Positions 51,620 to 64,000 of a DNA stretch of 64,000 nt are shown one piece after another (the stretch's first letter is position 1; each line of letters begins with the position of its first letter). Position numbers and translations under genes: made by a program. The notes beneath the pieces were generated by a model. It made no database searches, was not told the origin of the DNA, and worked only from the letters and a program-made list of their open reading frames with translations. Source of the DNA: Chrysomallon squamiferum (lineage: Eukaryota; Animalia; Mollusca); assembly GCA_012295275.1 (NCBI GenBank), contig CM022678.1, positions 2,418,001 to 2,482,000 of the forward strand. The letters run 5' to 3'.

Positions 51620-51686
51620 TTGAAAAAGGTTAAATATTAAAAACTGTCAAGGGGAATATTGTTGTCATTTTTGCAAACATCCAGAT

Positions 51687-52217
51687 GTGTATTCTTGTAC
51701 GAGTAAAATATTGTTGTATTTACTGGAACATGGAGCTGATCCTAATTTAACAGACAATGATAACAATTCTGTTTTACACCTAGCAGCTAAACATGGAAAT
51801 ATGGAAATCATGACAGCACTAATTGAAAAAGGTGCAGATGTAAATAAAAAAAACACTAAACGGGAAACGCCTCTTTTTACAGCTCTCAGCTACAACAAAC
51901 ATCCAAATGTGTATTCTTGTAAGAATGAAGTAGTTTTGTATTTACTGGAACATGGAGCTGATCCTAGTATAACAGACTCTGATGAGACTTCTGTTTTACA
52001 CCTAGCAGCTGAACATCAAAACATAGAAATTGTGAAAGCACTAATTGAAAAAGGTGTTAATGTAAATATTAAAAACAATCAAGGGGAAACTCCTCTTTTT
52101 ATAGCTGTCAAATATAAGCAGAAATTAGTTATTTTTTATTTGCTGGATCACGGAGCTGATCCTCATTTAAAGGACAATAATAATAATTCTGTTTTACACT
52201 TAGCAGCATCTGATTGA
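51687..52217 (+). CDS. Out-of-frame continuation of the gene B ankyrin array (probably the true C-terminus)
   Basis: Intact repeats of the same type resume after a garbled unit at ~51585-51670. Confidence 0.65.
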   Translation: MYSCTSKILLYLLEHGADPNLTDNDNNSVLHLAAKHGNMEIMTALIEKGADVNKKNTKRETPLFTALSYNKHPNVYSCKNEVVLYLLEHGADPSITDSDETSVLHLAAEHQNIEIVKALIEKGVNVNIKNNQGETPLFIAVKYKQKLVIFYLLDHGADPHLKDNNNNSVLHLAASD

Positions 52218-52887
52218 AGTATAGAAATTGTCACAGCACTGATCAAAAATGGTGGTAATGTGAATATTAAAAATGTCAATGTGAAACTGCTCTATTTATC
52301 TATTGGGACAAGAAGCTGATGCCAATGCAACAGAAAGATATAATAACAATTATAGCAGCTGAACATAGGAAATATAAAAATTGTAAAAGCACTTATTGAA
52401 AAAGGTGCTGATTTAAATGTTAAAAGCAGTGGAAATCAAACTCGTCTTTATACAGCTGTTAAGTAGTTTTGTTTTTACTGGAACAAAGAGCTGATGCTAA
52501 TATAATAGAAAGATATAATAAGAATTTTCTTTTACACTGAGTAGCTGAATACGAAAGTGTAAAAATTGTGACAGGACTGATTGAAAAAGATACTGATGTA
52601 AATATTAAAAACAGTCACAGAGAAACTCCTCTTTTTACAGCTGTTAAGTATAAAAAGAACAAAGTAGTTTTGTATTTACAGTGGCTTGGAAATGATGCTA
52701 ATTCAGCAGATACATATAACAATTCTGAAGATTGAAATATTGAAATTTTGACTGTAATAATTGAAAAAAATGTGTTGATGTAAATGTGTTTAATTCTCTT
52801 GATAAAGCTAAGAATTGCAGATTTTGTTGTGAAAGGGAAACTGTTTTGTATTTACTGGAGCATGGTGCTAAAGATGGTAACAGATAA
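52218..52887 (+). pseudogene. Decayed ankyrin repeats downstream of the gene B stop, ending in the apparent ancestral terminus ETVLYLLEHGAKDGNR*
   Basis: Recognisable repeat DNA with stops and indels. The homologous terminus (ETVLYLQENGAKDSNR*) lies after the gene A stop at ~15480-15530. Confidence 0.8.
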
Positions 52888-55325
52888 ACTAATTGTGATA
52901 TAATACCCCTGAACTTTTAAATTTAATACAGATACAGATATAGTGTACATAGACTGTCACTTTATATGGAAGATTACATGTTGAGAAAATTGTGCAGCTA
53001 TAATATTTTACAAAGTATCTTAATTTTCTAATTTGTCCTCAGACAGGTTGAGTTCTTACATAGTTTCATTATGAATTATTTCATTTGAACTTTTAATGTA
53101 ATGTTGTGTGTAAGTAATATGTACAGTTTTTACTTTTTGATTCAAATGTGTGATGAAGAGTTAATGCCAATGTAACTATATTGCTGGTATATGTCTAGAT
53201 ACTGTAAATAATTTCTATTCAGATATTATATTATAGTACTCCGTACTCTGCTGTATCTATTCAAGTATTGTATTAATGTAAAGTTGTGTTTTAATTTACA
53301 TTTTTAATATACATTTATTGCTTTATAAAATAGTTCTGTATTTACTTTATTATATACTAAGTAAACTTTTAAATTAACTGTTAAACAGGATTAATGTTAA
53401 ATGTAATTTTTTTCTTTTATAAAATAGTTTTCTCATACTAAATGAATGTTTTAGTATGCTTATACTAAGTAAAATTGTGTTTCCATTTTAAAGGAAATAT
53501 TTATATATTTTTTTATTTTATTATATTTTAATAAATATATTTGTATTTTAAAGTAAAATGTTATATATATATAAATGTTTTACTATGTATATAGTCTGAT
53601 TTGTTACTGCTAGTTTCATTTGTTTGTAATAACAGCAATTTCTTCTCTTATTAATTAGGGAGATTCTTTCATAGAATGTTTACATTTGACTAAATTATCA
53701 TTAGAAAATAGAGAGTAACAAAATTAATAAAGTAAATGTAAGTTTTCATTGTGAATATATATATATATATATTTAACATTTAGAAAACATTAATGTACAG
53801 TTAATATTTTCGTACTCTTATATTTTTATTGGAGATATACTGAACATAATTTTATTTTACTCTGTGTGTGTGTGTGGTATATATGCAGGTTTATATATAT
53901 GTGTGCGTGTGTTTACAGTTATCTGTTTGATAATTGTAAAATAGTGAATAGTGAATAATGAATAAAGTTAATTTAAGTTTAAAGTAGAAATATTTTTGGT
54001 TTATAATGTTTACAGTTTTCTATTTAATAATTATAAAATATTCAGTAAATAATAAATGAAATGTAAATGTAAAATAGGAAAATTTTAGTACATAATATTT
54101 ACATTTATCTATTTAATAATTATAAAATATTCAGTAAATAATAAATGAAATGTAAATATAAAATAGGAAGATTTTTAGTATATAATATTTACATTTATCT
54201 ATTTAATAATTATAAAATAGAGAATAATTAATAAAGTAAATTTAAATTTAAACTGGGAATAGTTTTAGTTAATAATGTTTACATTTATCTATTTAATCAT
54301 TATAAAATAGTGATTAATTAGTAAAGTAAAGTTTTAAATAAAAATATTTTTATTTAATAATGTTTACAAATAACTTTAAAAATTATAAAATAGTGAATAA
54401 TTAGTAAAGTAAATTTAAGTTTAAATTAGAAATATTTTTTGTTAATAATGTCTACATATTGTTTTATTCCATTGTTCATTTTTTTTATAACTATTGTTTT
54501 CTCATTATTATTATTATTATTATTATTAAAAATTAATTTGAGTAATGTACTGATCCTTACATTACACTGACTAATTGTATTGTATAAATAATTTGTATTT
54601 TCTGTTTGACTTGATGATTGTTTTATTGCAGACATTATTTTACACTTAACATTATTTTGTTAGAGTTAAAATATATTATAAATGATTTATTTTTGTTGTT
54701 TTTATTTTTTTACTTTCAGAAATTATGCATAATATTATTTTGTTACTGAATTTAGGTTTTTTCCATTATGTGCGTTATATTTTGATTTTTTTAAATTCTT
54801 TTATTAATGGTTCATTTTTATTGTTATTGTCATTATTATTATTGATATTATTATTATTATTATTAAATGAGGATCTATGCAGTTATTTTTCTTTTTCTTT
54901 TTTTAACTTTTATCTGTTTAATGATTAGAATATACTAAATGAATATACATAGCAAATACATGTACATATTTTTAATTACACTGATTTTCTTTTCTTATTT
55001 AATATGCATGATAGAATGTTTTTACTATCTTTATTTTGTGTACCAACTAACTTTAGATCTAACTTCAATTTACTGTTTTATTATTAACTGTATCTTTAAT
55101 TAATGGATTAAAAAGGAGAAATGCTGTTTGTCTCCCATTTGTTACACGTCCAGCTGTTACACATCCAGTTGTTACAGTCAGTTGACTGATTTACTTAGCC
55201 AACACCTGTAATATTAATGTAATAGTCACTAGTGATCAAGTGTTTTTCCATTTTCTTCTGATCACAAAGAATAACGAAATAGAAAGAAATCACTAAATAC
55301 AATAAAGAAAAGATCACACATAAAA

Positions 55326-55360
<35 letters not shown>

Positions 55361-55858
55361 GAAAGAAAGAAAGAAAGAAAGCAAAAAATCCCAATTTTTA
55401 CATAGATAAGACCGGCACTTGTACTTTTATGTGGTATATATATTTATGTACTTGTTACGTATGTTCTAATATTAACTTATATACATGTTTTTCTATATTA
55501 TATTCTTTGTATAAATGCACTTTGACTTTACAGTGTTGCTAACTGTTTTCTGTCAGATTGTCTTACGATAAAATGCCACAACAGGTTTTCTCTACGACTG
55601 TCACAAGATATTTTTGTTTGCACTTTCAGAAAGAGGAAATCAAATTAACAAAATACTTGGTCTGGTTGGTTGTGAAAGTCACCTGATAGTTGGGTTGTCT
55701 TAAGCTGTTGTTTTTGTTGGGATTAGCGGGAAATTAATTAACATTCCAGTGTCATCGATAATCAAACTGCTTTAAACTGCTTTGTTTTAACTTTGTTTTA
55801 ACTTTTTTTGTTTTGACTTCTGGTATATTGCAATAGAGATTAATTCCTTAATTATTCC

Positions 55859-56344
55859 CTAAGCTAATTGCGTAACAACTGGAAGATGAGTCTATCATTG
55901 TATGCTAGGTAACTAAGCTAATTGCGTAACAACTGGAAGATGAGTCTATCATTGTATGCTAGGTAACAAAGCTAATTGCGTAACAACTGGAAGATGAGTC
56001 TATTATTGTATGCTAGGTAACTAAGCTAATTGTGTAACAACTGGAAGATGAGTCTATTATTGTATGCTAGGTAACTAAGCTAATTGTGTAACAACTGGAA
56101 GATGAGTCTATTATTGTATGCTAGGTAACTAAGCTAATTGTGTAACAACTGGAAGATGAGTCTATTATTCTATGCTAGGTAACTAAGCTAATTGTGTCAC
56201 AACTGAAAGATGAGTCTATTATTGTATGCTAGGTAACTAAGCTAATTGTGTAACAACTGGAAGATGAGTCTATCATTGTATGCTAGGTAACTAAGCTAAT
56301 TGTGTAACAACTGGAAGATGAGTCTATCACTGTATGCTAGGTAG
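55859..56344. repeat. 54-bp minisatellite, 9 units (duplicate copy)
   Basis: Same unit as 18754-19239, mostly the GGTAA variant. Confidence 0.95.
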
Positions 56345-56699
56345 AGGGCATCTGATTACCAATTCGGTCATGAACTGTGTTTTTATAAGGCGTGTGACAA
56401 ATGGATGTGTACAAAATGGGATGATACTGATAAGAGTAGCACTTGATTGTGAAAGTCCATTAAATTGCTAATGTTTTAAAATAATAATTAAATATCATAA
56501 AACTAATTTTATTATGTTGAATACTAAATGAAAGATATAATAAACGTTATTAATGTGTGTGTGTGTGTGTGTGTGTGACCAATATAATCTTGTTAAATAA
56601 GTAAATACTAAATTTAAATTTTGTTGAAATAGTTTAGATTAGAATTTACTGTATCACTAATTTCTTTAAGATTTTTATTGTATATATATTCTAATGGTA

Positions 56700-56735
<36 letters not shown>

Positions 56736-57044
56736 ACAGTGTGTATTGTAATGCCTTTAACAGTTATAATAAATATGCTTTATAAATGGTAATTACTTTT
56801 GTTTTCTTTATCAGATGAAGTATATTTAAAAAACAAAACCACACTGCAGTGGAATAATTCAGTGTACGAGTTCAGCCTGACTTTCACTAGTGACACTGAA
56901 TTACACACCAGCGTGTCTGCTAACTCTGCTAATGGAATCTTCCATGCAAGTAAATTGTGGAATGTCCTAACAAAACACAGACCCAGTTTATTATGTTAAT
57001 TTCCTCATAAAAAGTAAATTAGTCATGTAATGTTTGACATGTTT

Positions 57045-57690
57045 TAGTGTAGATTCTCTAGGTTTGGGGTGGAATGCAATATTTGTTATGTTTCAATAGA
57101 TTTTCTTGGGAATTATGTTTGGTATATTTCAGTGTATATCCTCTAGGTTGGGGTAGAGTCTGATAAATGTAATGCTTGGAATGTTCCAGTGAATATTCTT
57201 TAGGTTGGGGTAGAGTATGATAAATGTAATGTTTGGTGTATTTCAGTGTATATTCTCTAGGTTGGGTAGAGTATGATAAATGTAATGTTTGGTATATTTC
57301 AGTGTATATTCTCTAGGTTGGGGTAGAGTATGATAAATGTAATGTTTGGTATGTTTCAGTGTATATTTTCTAGGTTGGGATAGAGTATGATAAATGTAAT
57401 GTTTGGTATATTTCAGTTTATATTCTCTAGGTTGGGTAGAGTATGATAAATGTAATGTTTGGTATATTTTAGTTTATATTCTCCCTGTTGGGGTGGAGTA
57501 TGATAAATGTAATGTTTGGTATATTTCAGTGTATATTCTCTAGGTTGGGTAGAGTATGATAAATGTAATGTTTGGTATATTTCAGTGTATATTCTCTAGG
57601 TTGGGGTAGAGTATGATAAATGTAATGTTTGGTATATTTCAGTGTATATTCTCTAGGTTGGGGTAGAGTATGATAAATGTTATGTTTGGT
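57045..57690. repeat. 56-57-bp minisatellite, ~11 units (duplicate copy)
   Basis: Same unit as 20035-21563, followed by garbled sequence to ~57900. Confidence 0.93.
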
Positions 57691-57904
57691 TGGGTAGATG
57701 TTTCAAGTTGGTATGCTTCAGTGTATACTAAACATAAATGTAATGATGATATTCTCTAGGTTGGGTAGCATGATAAATGTAAAATATTTCAATATTCATA
57801 TTCATTAATCCAAGTATATTGGTATATTTTGGTATGTTTCAAGTGGTTGGGGACTAAAATTGAAATGAAAACAGCAGCATAGAAAACAACATATTCATCA
57901 ATCC

Positions 57905-57952
<48 letters not shown>

Positions 57953-58606
57953 TATATATATATATATTTTTTATTATATATATACTCAGTCAATATATAT
58001 TAAATAAAATGTTCTTATTACATATATATATAATAAGAACATTTTATTAAATATATATTGACTGAGTTGAATGTAAAGTTTCTGTGAGTTTTCTGTTACT
58101 TGTAGCCAGGTGTTTCAGACTGATGTCACTCACAGTACAGAACCTCAGCAATCAGGTCTTTCTCCTGTTTTTTTATCTGCTTCCACATTCCTTGCTTAAA
58201 AACCCATAACAAAATTCAAATAAGAAAATGTTTCCTGAAATGTTGGCTGTTGACAGTACATTATGCAGTAGGTTGTTATAAACAGAGTTCACTGTAATAT
58301 CTTTAGTCTGCATAAAAACAATCTTAATTCTTTTGTCTGTAGAAAAAACAGCATACTCTCTGGAATCTTTCACAAGAAAATATAATCTCTTATGTTTGTG
58401 TAAAAACTTGAATCTCTTTCAAGTGTCAAAAAAAGAAGAAAAAAGAGAACAACAGTATAATATGTTTAGTCTGTTTTTATTTTGGTAACAGTATAGTATT
58501 AAGATTAAATAATTATATGAAATACTATATATCTACACACAGTGACATAAATTAAAATACTCTTTGACACATACCTACACAATAACCCATTAAAATGCTC
58601 GCAGAC

Positions 58607-58668
<62 letters not shown>

Positions 58669-59201
58669 GAAGAAGAAGAATAATAAGAATAAGAATAATA
58701 ATATATGTACTCCACATCTGGTACTTTCTACACCTAGAGTAACACACTTTAATTATCAACACAAACACACAAACAAAAGTACATTAAATACTTGCTAAGT
58801 CAGATGTATGTTAAAATGCTCACTAACTTTTACTGAACAAAATACATTAAAACTATCACAGACATAAACAAAGCAACCACTAAGAATATCTTCATTAACC
58901 TTGATGAAGAATTTAACAAAATTTCTCTTTATTAATTGAAATTATTGATAGGAGGAAGGAAATATAAATAATTCTGTTATGGAATGATTCCTGTCATGTT
59001 TTTTCAGTGGTTGAGAGGGTGTGGCTTATGTGCTGTATAGTGTATTACAAAGAAAGCAAGGTATAATTGCTTTTTTAAATTTAATTTTAATTTTTTTTTT
59101 ATTGTTTTATAGAATCAGGTAGCAATACAGTGGAAATAAATTCAGTGGGTCTTGACAGCTATTGTGCAAAGAAAGAAATTATTGTTATTGCTATTATTAT
59201 G

Positions 59202-59237
<36 letters not shown>

Positions 59238-59300
59238 CTTGAGTTATTATACTTTTTTTATTTTCTCATTCTGTATGGCTGTTTCCCCCTCACACTTCAG

Positions 59301-59331
<31 letters not shown>

Positions 59332-60531
59332 GTGTGTGTGTGTGTGTGTGTGTCTGCACATGTTTGTATGTGTTTGTATTCTAATTTGTATATAAAATGA
59401 ACTAAATAAGTAAGCATATATGTATGCCTGTAAGTATGCAAGCATGTATGTATTATGTACATATATATGTATGTATATATACATGTATATATGTATGTAT
59501 GTATGTATTGTTTTCTCTCTCTGTATGTGTGTGTATCTCTCTCTCTCTCTCTCTATGTGTGTGTGTTGTGTGTGTGTGTGTGTGTGTGTAAAGAAAGTGA
59601 CCATGTTTTCATTCATGAAGGGGAAGTAACTTTACTGTTGCTACAGAGGATTTCAGTTAATAAACAGGTATTATGTTTGAAATAAAAATAATAATAAAAA
59701 TAAAATTAAAAAAAGGTTAAAAAGTTAAAATGAAAGATTATATATATAGATAATAATAAAAGCATTGTATGTCTAAAGGGAAAAATAATTTTATTTAATA
59801 TTAACTGTTTCTGGTATCATAGACAGAGAAATAACAGATTGCTTTTTCGGGTCAATGTAAGGTATTTCATGTAAATATTGAAGACAGTTAAAGAAATATA
59901 AACATTTACAAACTACAAGCAGAGTGATGAATAAAACCTGGACCCAACCTGGGACTTGATTTGAAAACTTGTCTTGTTCTTTACATTCAACAGTTATAAT
60001 ACTAAAGTATAATTTAGAATTTTGTTTGAAACAATAAATAAATAAACAAATGTGTGTGTGTATATGATAAAAACATTTTATTTAATATTAAGAGTAATTT
60101 GTATCAGAGACAGAGAAATACAAGTTGATTGTTCAAGTCAATGTTAGGTATTTGATGTAAATATTGAAAACAGAAATATAATTTACAAACTGCAAGCAGA
60201 GTGAAAAGTCATTTTGAATAAAACCTAGACACAACCTCAGTCTAGTTTTGAAAATTAAACATAACATTTAAGTATATTTTAGAATTTTAACTAACAGTCA
60301 TCTTCTTATTGTTTTATTATAGTGAAGTATGTATACAGGTATGTCTCTTTATTTGCTTGTGTGTGTGTATTTCTATATGTATGTATATGTTAGAAATTTA
60401 AACAAATACAATATTGACTTATTTATAATTCAGTTTAATCCATCTTTAAACTTTAGGTGAGTGTATATTATTAAACATTGTACATATTTTATTTCATTTT
60501 ATTATTATTATATTATTATTATTATTATTAT

Positions 60532-60566
<35 letters not shown>

Positions 60567-61049
60567 ACATTTTATCAGGACACTATTATATTTTTTCATA
60601 TAATTTTATTTCTTTACTGCTACTACTACAAATAAAATTAAAATTAAAAGAAAATACATTATTTAGAGAATTTTATAACACAGAATGGATGTAAAACAAT
60701 ATGTTGAAATATTAGCCACAGGAAGAATTAAATGTGTATCACTAAATGCTATGAACGATAAAGAATCTGATAAACTTTGCACTAACACGTCACTAAATAT
60801 TTCTATTAATATCTATCAGATTTCCTCTTCGTGTGCTTACTCGTGATAATGGGTGTATCACTGATCTTAGTACTGTGTACGTTTAAATATTTTATTTAAT
60901 CGTCGGGACTGTGTGATAAATTATTGCATTTGGATGTATGTGTATATCGGTGTGAGTGTAATAATATTGTTACCGGTGAAAGCAGAAAAAATAAATTATC
61001 TATCGTTATTCTTTTCGTTTTCTTTTCTGTTTGATTAATTATTGTTATG

Positions 61050-61090
<41 letters not shown>

Positions 61091-62760
61091 TGTTTATTTG
61101 TTTATTTATTTTTCTCATTTTGTCATTTTCACGAAGAAATGGTGTTAGAATTGAATTGAATTTAATCTTATATTAAAGGTGCTTTGATTTTGATAGTGGA
61201 ATTATACTAAAGAAAACGGATATTCTCTTAGAAAAGGAGCTCTCTTTTTAAGAGGAAGTTTAATGAACACTTTGTAATGGCTGCTTCCATGTGGTAAAAC
61301 TTTTTGTGAAGTGCAAATCGTTATCGAACGATTATGTCAGATGATACGAGAGGAATAACTGGTCCTGAAGTTACATTAAACTGACTGAATTCGACGGAGG
61401 TGCTATGATGGGTGATGCAGTGATAATTAAAACCACAGCTCTTTGAAATAATGAAAATCGTTGGATCATCATCATTTATTTTATTAAATATTAAAAATAA
61501 TGTTATATTTCTTTCAATTTTCAAAAGTTAAATACCAGTGTAAGTGTTCAAGAATATGGACGTAAAGCTGAAGAGGTTCGACCTTTGTGTAAGTTAATAT
61601 ATTTATATTATTTTTAATTGTGTATAAATTATTATATTAAATACATTTTTTGGTTTCCAGGTCGTAGTTGGAAATAAACTATAAAGTCATCAAAAGTTCT
61701 CAGAAATCTGAACTAGATTCATATACTTTTGAATCAAATCAAGAACTACTTAAAATTGAAAAACATTTGTTAATTGTCCAGTATTTGTATTTATTTAAGT
61801 CGTTAATAAATCCGTAAAATCGTGAATTGTTTTTATTTGTTTGCATATTACCAAAAGTTTTGTTAATATACCTGTCCTTGTCCTACTATTTTCCTGTGCC
61901 GTAGACGATGCACATAAAATATTTTTTTATTATTAATTTAAAAAACAAGATTAGCCACTGCATTAAGACTGTGAGTTTTCTCTTTCACTACTTTTGTTTC
62001 TGACAATACTGTATAATGAGTACTAATATTTGAATTTACCTGTATTGTATAATATGTACCTATGGCTTCCAGGTAAATCTTTGGCTTGGCCTATGAATTT
62101 ACCTGTGTTATATTTATAGGTGTGGGTTACAGGTAAAATTGTATAACCTGTTCAGCACTGTTACACCTGTACAGGTATTGTTTTGTTCACACAGGTACAC
62201 GTGAAGTCTTGAGGAAGGAAGACTTCAGCATGAAGGGACAGCTGACCTGCGAGTTCAAGTTTGCAACGTTTTCCTGCAGGCAACGTCAACAACACCAGCA
62301 AGACAGCGAGGCGAAAGACTACTCACTTCAAATCCTGGAAGCTCTTGAACCAGCTGTCTGTCTGGTGAGTGTGTATGTCTGTCTGTCTGGTGAGTGTATG
62401 TCTCTGTCTGTCTGGTGAGTTTGTATGTCTCTGTCTGTCTGGTTAGTTTATATGTGTGTCTCTCTGTCTGGTGAGTTTTTATGTCTCTGTCTCTCTGTTT
62501 ATTATAATTTATAAACTAATATATAATTTAACCATAATCATAAAAACAGTAATCGTACAATAATCTAAAAAATAATGATGACAGAAACTCAAAACAAAAT
62601 AAATTGACCATTTTGTTGCACACTTTACTTTATGAATTTTCTTTTTTCACTGAGAAAAACTGATGCATTTGTTATTATTTGTGTCCACACTAAATAAAAA
62701 CTAAAAATACAAGTCTAAATGATTTCCTCTGCTTTAAAGTAGTTGTATTACAGGTTTGTT

Positions 62761-63192
62761 CTTCCATTCGTGCTGAATACTTTGTTTCAGTTGATCAATG
62801 GTCCTAGGTTGATTAGCATAAACTGCACTTTTGAGAACTCCCCATAGAAAGAAATCAGGTGTTGTCAGATCCAGGGATCTTGCAAGTAATTCTGAAGTAA
62901 TAATGAAGATACATTCGTTTAAATCTAAAGTTCTTCGCTGCATTTTTAAGAGTGAGGGTACCATTTCAAGTCAAACCATGGAGAGTCCAGTAGCGCATGC
63001 TAAAACAGAAGTCTCGATCACAAAGAACACTACAATCAGGTAACAAAAATCATTCCAAAGACTACTACTGACAGAAGTAAATTAATAGTACAAAAGATAA
63101 CATAAAATGACGTAAAATATGGAATTAAATTTGTTATTTTTAATATCTAATTTTATTTAAGTTTGTAGTTCGGTTAATTTTGGGACACCCTG
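62761..63192 (-). mobile_element. Truncated, internally deleted Tc1/mariner element
   Basis: The minus strand starts TA-CAGGGTGTCCCAAAATTAACCG (TIR-like). The peptide ARSLDLTTPDFFLWGVLKSAVYANQPRTIDQLKQSIQHEW matches the transposase SPDL.P.DFFLWG.LK motif. Absent from copy 1. Confidence 0.9.
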
Positions 63193-63866
63193 TATATTAG
63201 TTCTAACTAATAAATAAATAAATTTGAATTTTTTCCCTTAAATGATAGTTTCAAAATAAATTATTATCATTTCATTTTTAGTCAAAGAAAATGCTCTGTT
63301 TCTGTTAAAACCAATTTATTCTTTGTTTACAGATTGTCCAATGAGATGACTCGTGGTTACAGTAATTAGTAAAACAAAAACCTGTCAATCAAAATCTTTG
63401 ACATGGGAGGTAGAAGGAAAAGCTCATCTGTTGACCTAGGTCAGTCCACTGCAGAGCTTGAAGTAGTGAGTAGTGATGTAGTAGGACAGAACACAGTGTG
63501 CAGTTAAGTGTGAAAACAGTGTCTACTGAAGTAGTATCAACTTTGTCAGTCTGTCTGTCTCTCTTTCATTGCTCTCTTCATATTATTAAAAACTAAAATT
63601 ACTTCCTCAGTATCAAAGCAATACTACTTCTACTAGTATTACTGTTCTACTATTAATACGATATGTTTATAATTTGGTTTCAGTAATAATTTTGGTTTTT
63701 GTTTATTTTATCAAATCATTTACATGTGTACTGTGACAGTAGCTCGTTCGGTGTTGGACGAGTTGCCTCCCTTCATCTGTTTGTTTATTATTATATTCGT
63801 TTATTGAATTTTTAATCTTCCTTAAATTTTATTTTGATTTACTTTTAATGGATTACTGTTATCATT

Positions 63867-63901
<35 letters not shown>

Positions 63902-64000
63902 TATTATTATTATTCCTTTCTTGTAGTAAGGATAATCTCTATTTACTTATTTTATTTTTATTTACTAGTACTATTATTACTATCATCATAATCATCATCA

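Noticed and set aside
48052-51856. Minus-strand ORFs overlapping the large exons (also 13513-13811, 35122-35373, 36531-36734, 43949-44179)
   Set aside because: Antisense shadows of coding sequence with no independent motifs.

Overview
AT-rich, microsatellite-laden eukaryotic DNA with GT-AG introns. An invertebrate source (mollusc-like) is my inference only. The window is a tandem segmental duplication (offset ~36 kb) carrying two + strand multi-exon paralogues with NLR-like architecture: short N-terminal exons, a STAND P-loop NTPase resembling nSTAND3 (GCPGSGKTT / VVLIDD[IL/IF]G), a winged-helix-like FIHQS motif, and a long ankyrin array. Hand-built models: gene A has coding exons from 3837 to 15397 (1679 aa, all phases compatible); gene B has coding exons from 43348 to 51619 (1650 aa as assembled) and probably continues to 52217. 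Scrambled pseudogene fragments of further paralogues lie between them. Notable points: a cassette of duplicated symmetric exons encoding NLS-like peptides; a RHIM-like motif just upstream of the gene A NTPase; a large excess of replacement over silent differences between paralogues; near-identical ankyrin units with paralogue-specific loop inserts; small DNA transposons; two minisatellites; long hairpins; and an unidentified small-ORF family. All exon models and alignments were made by eye.
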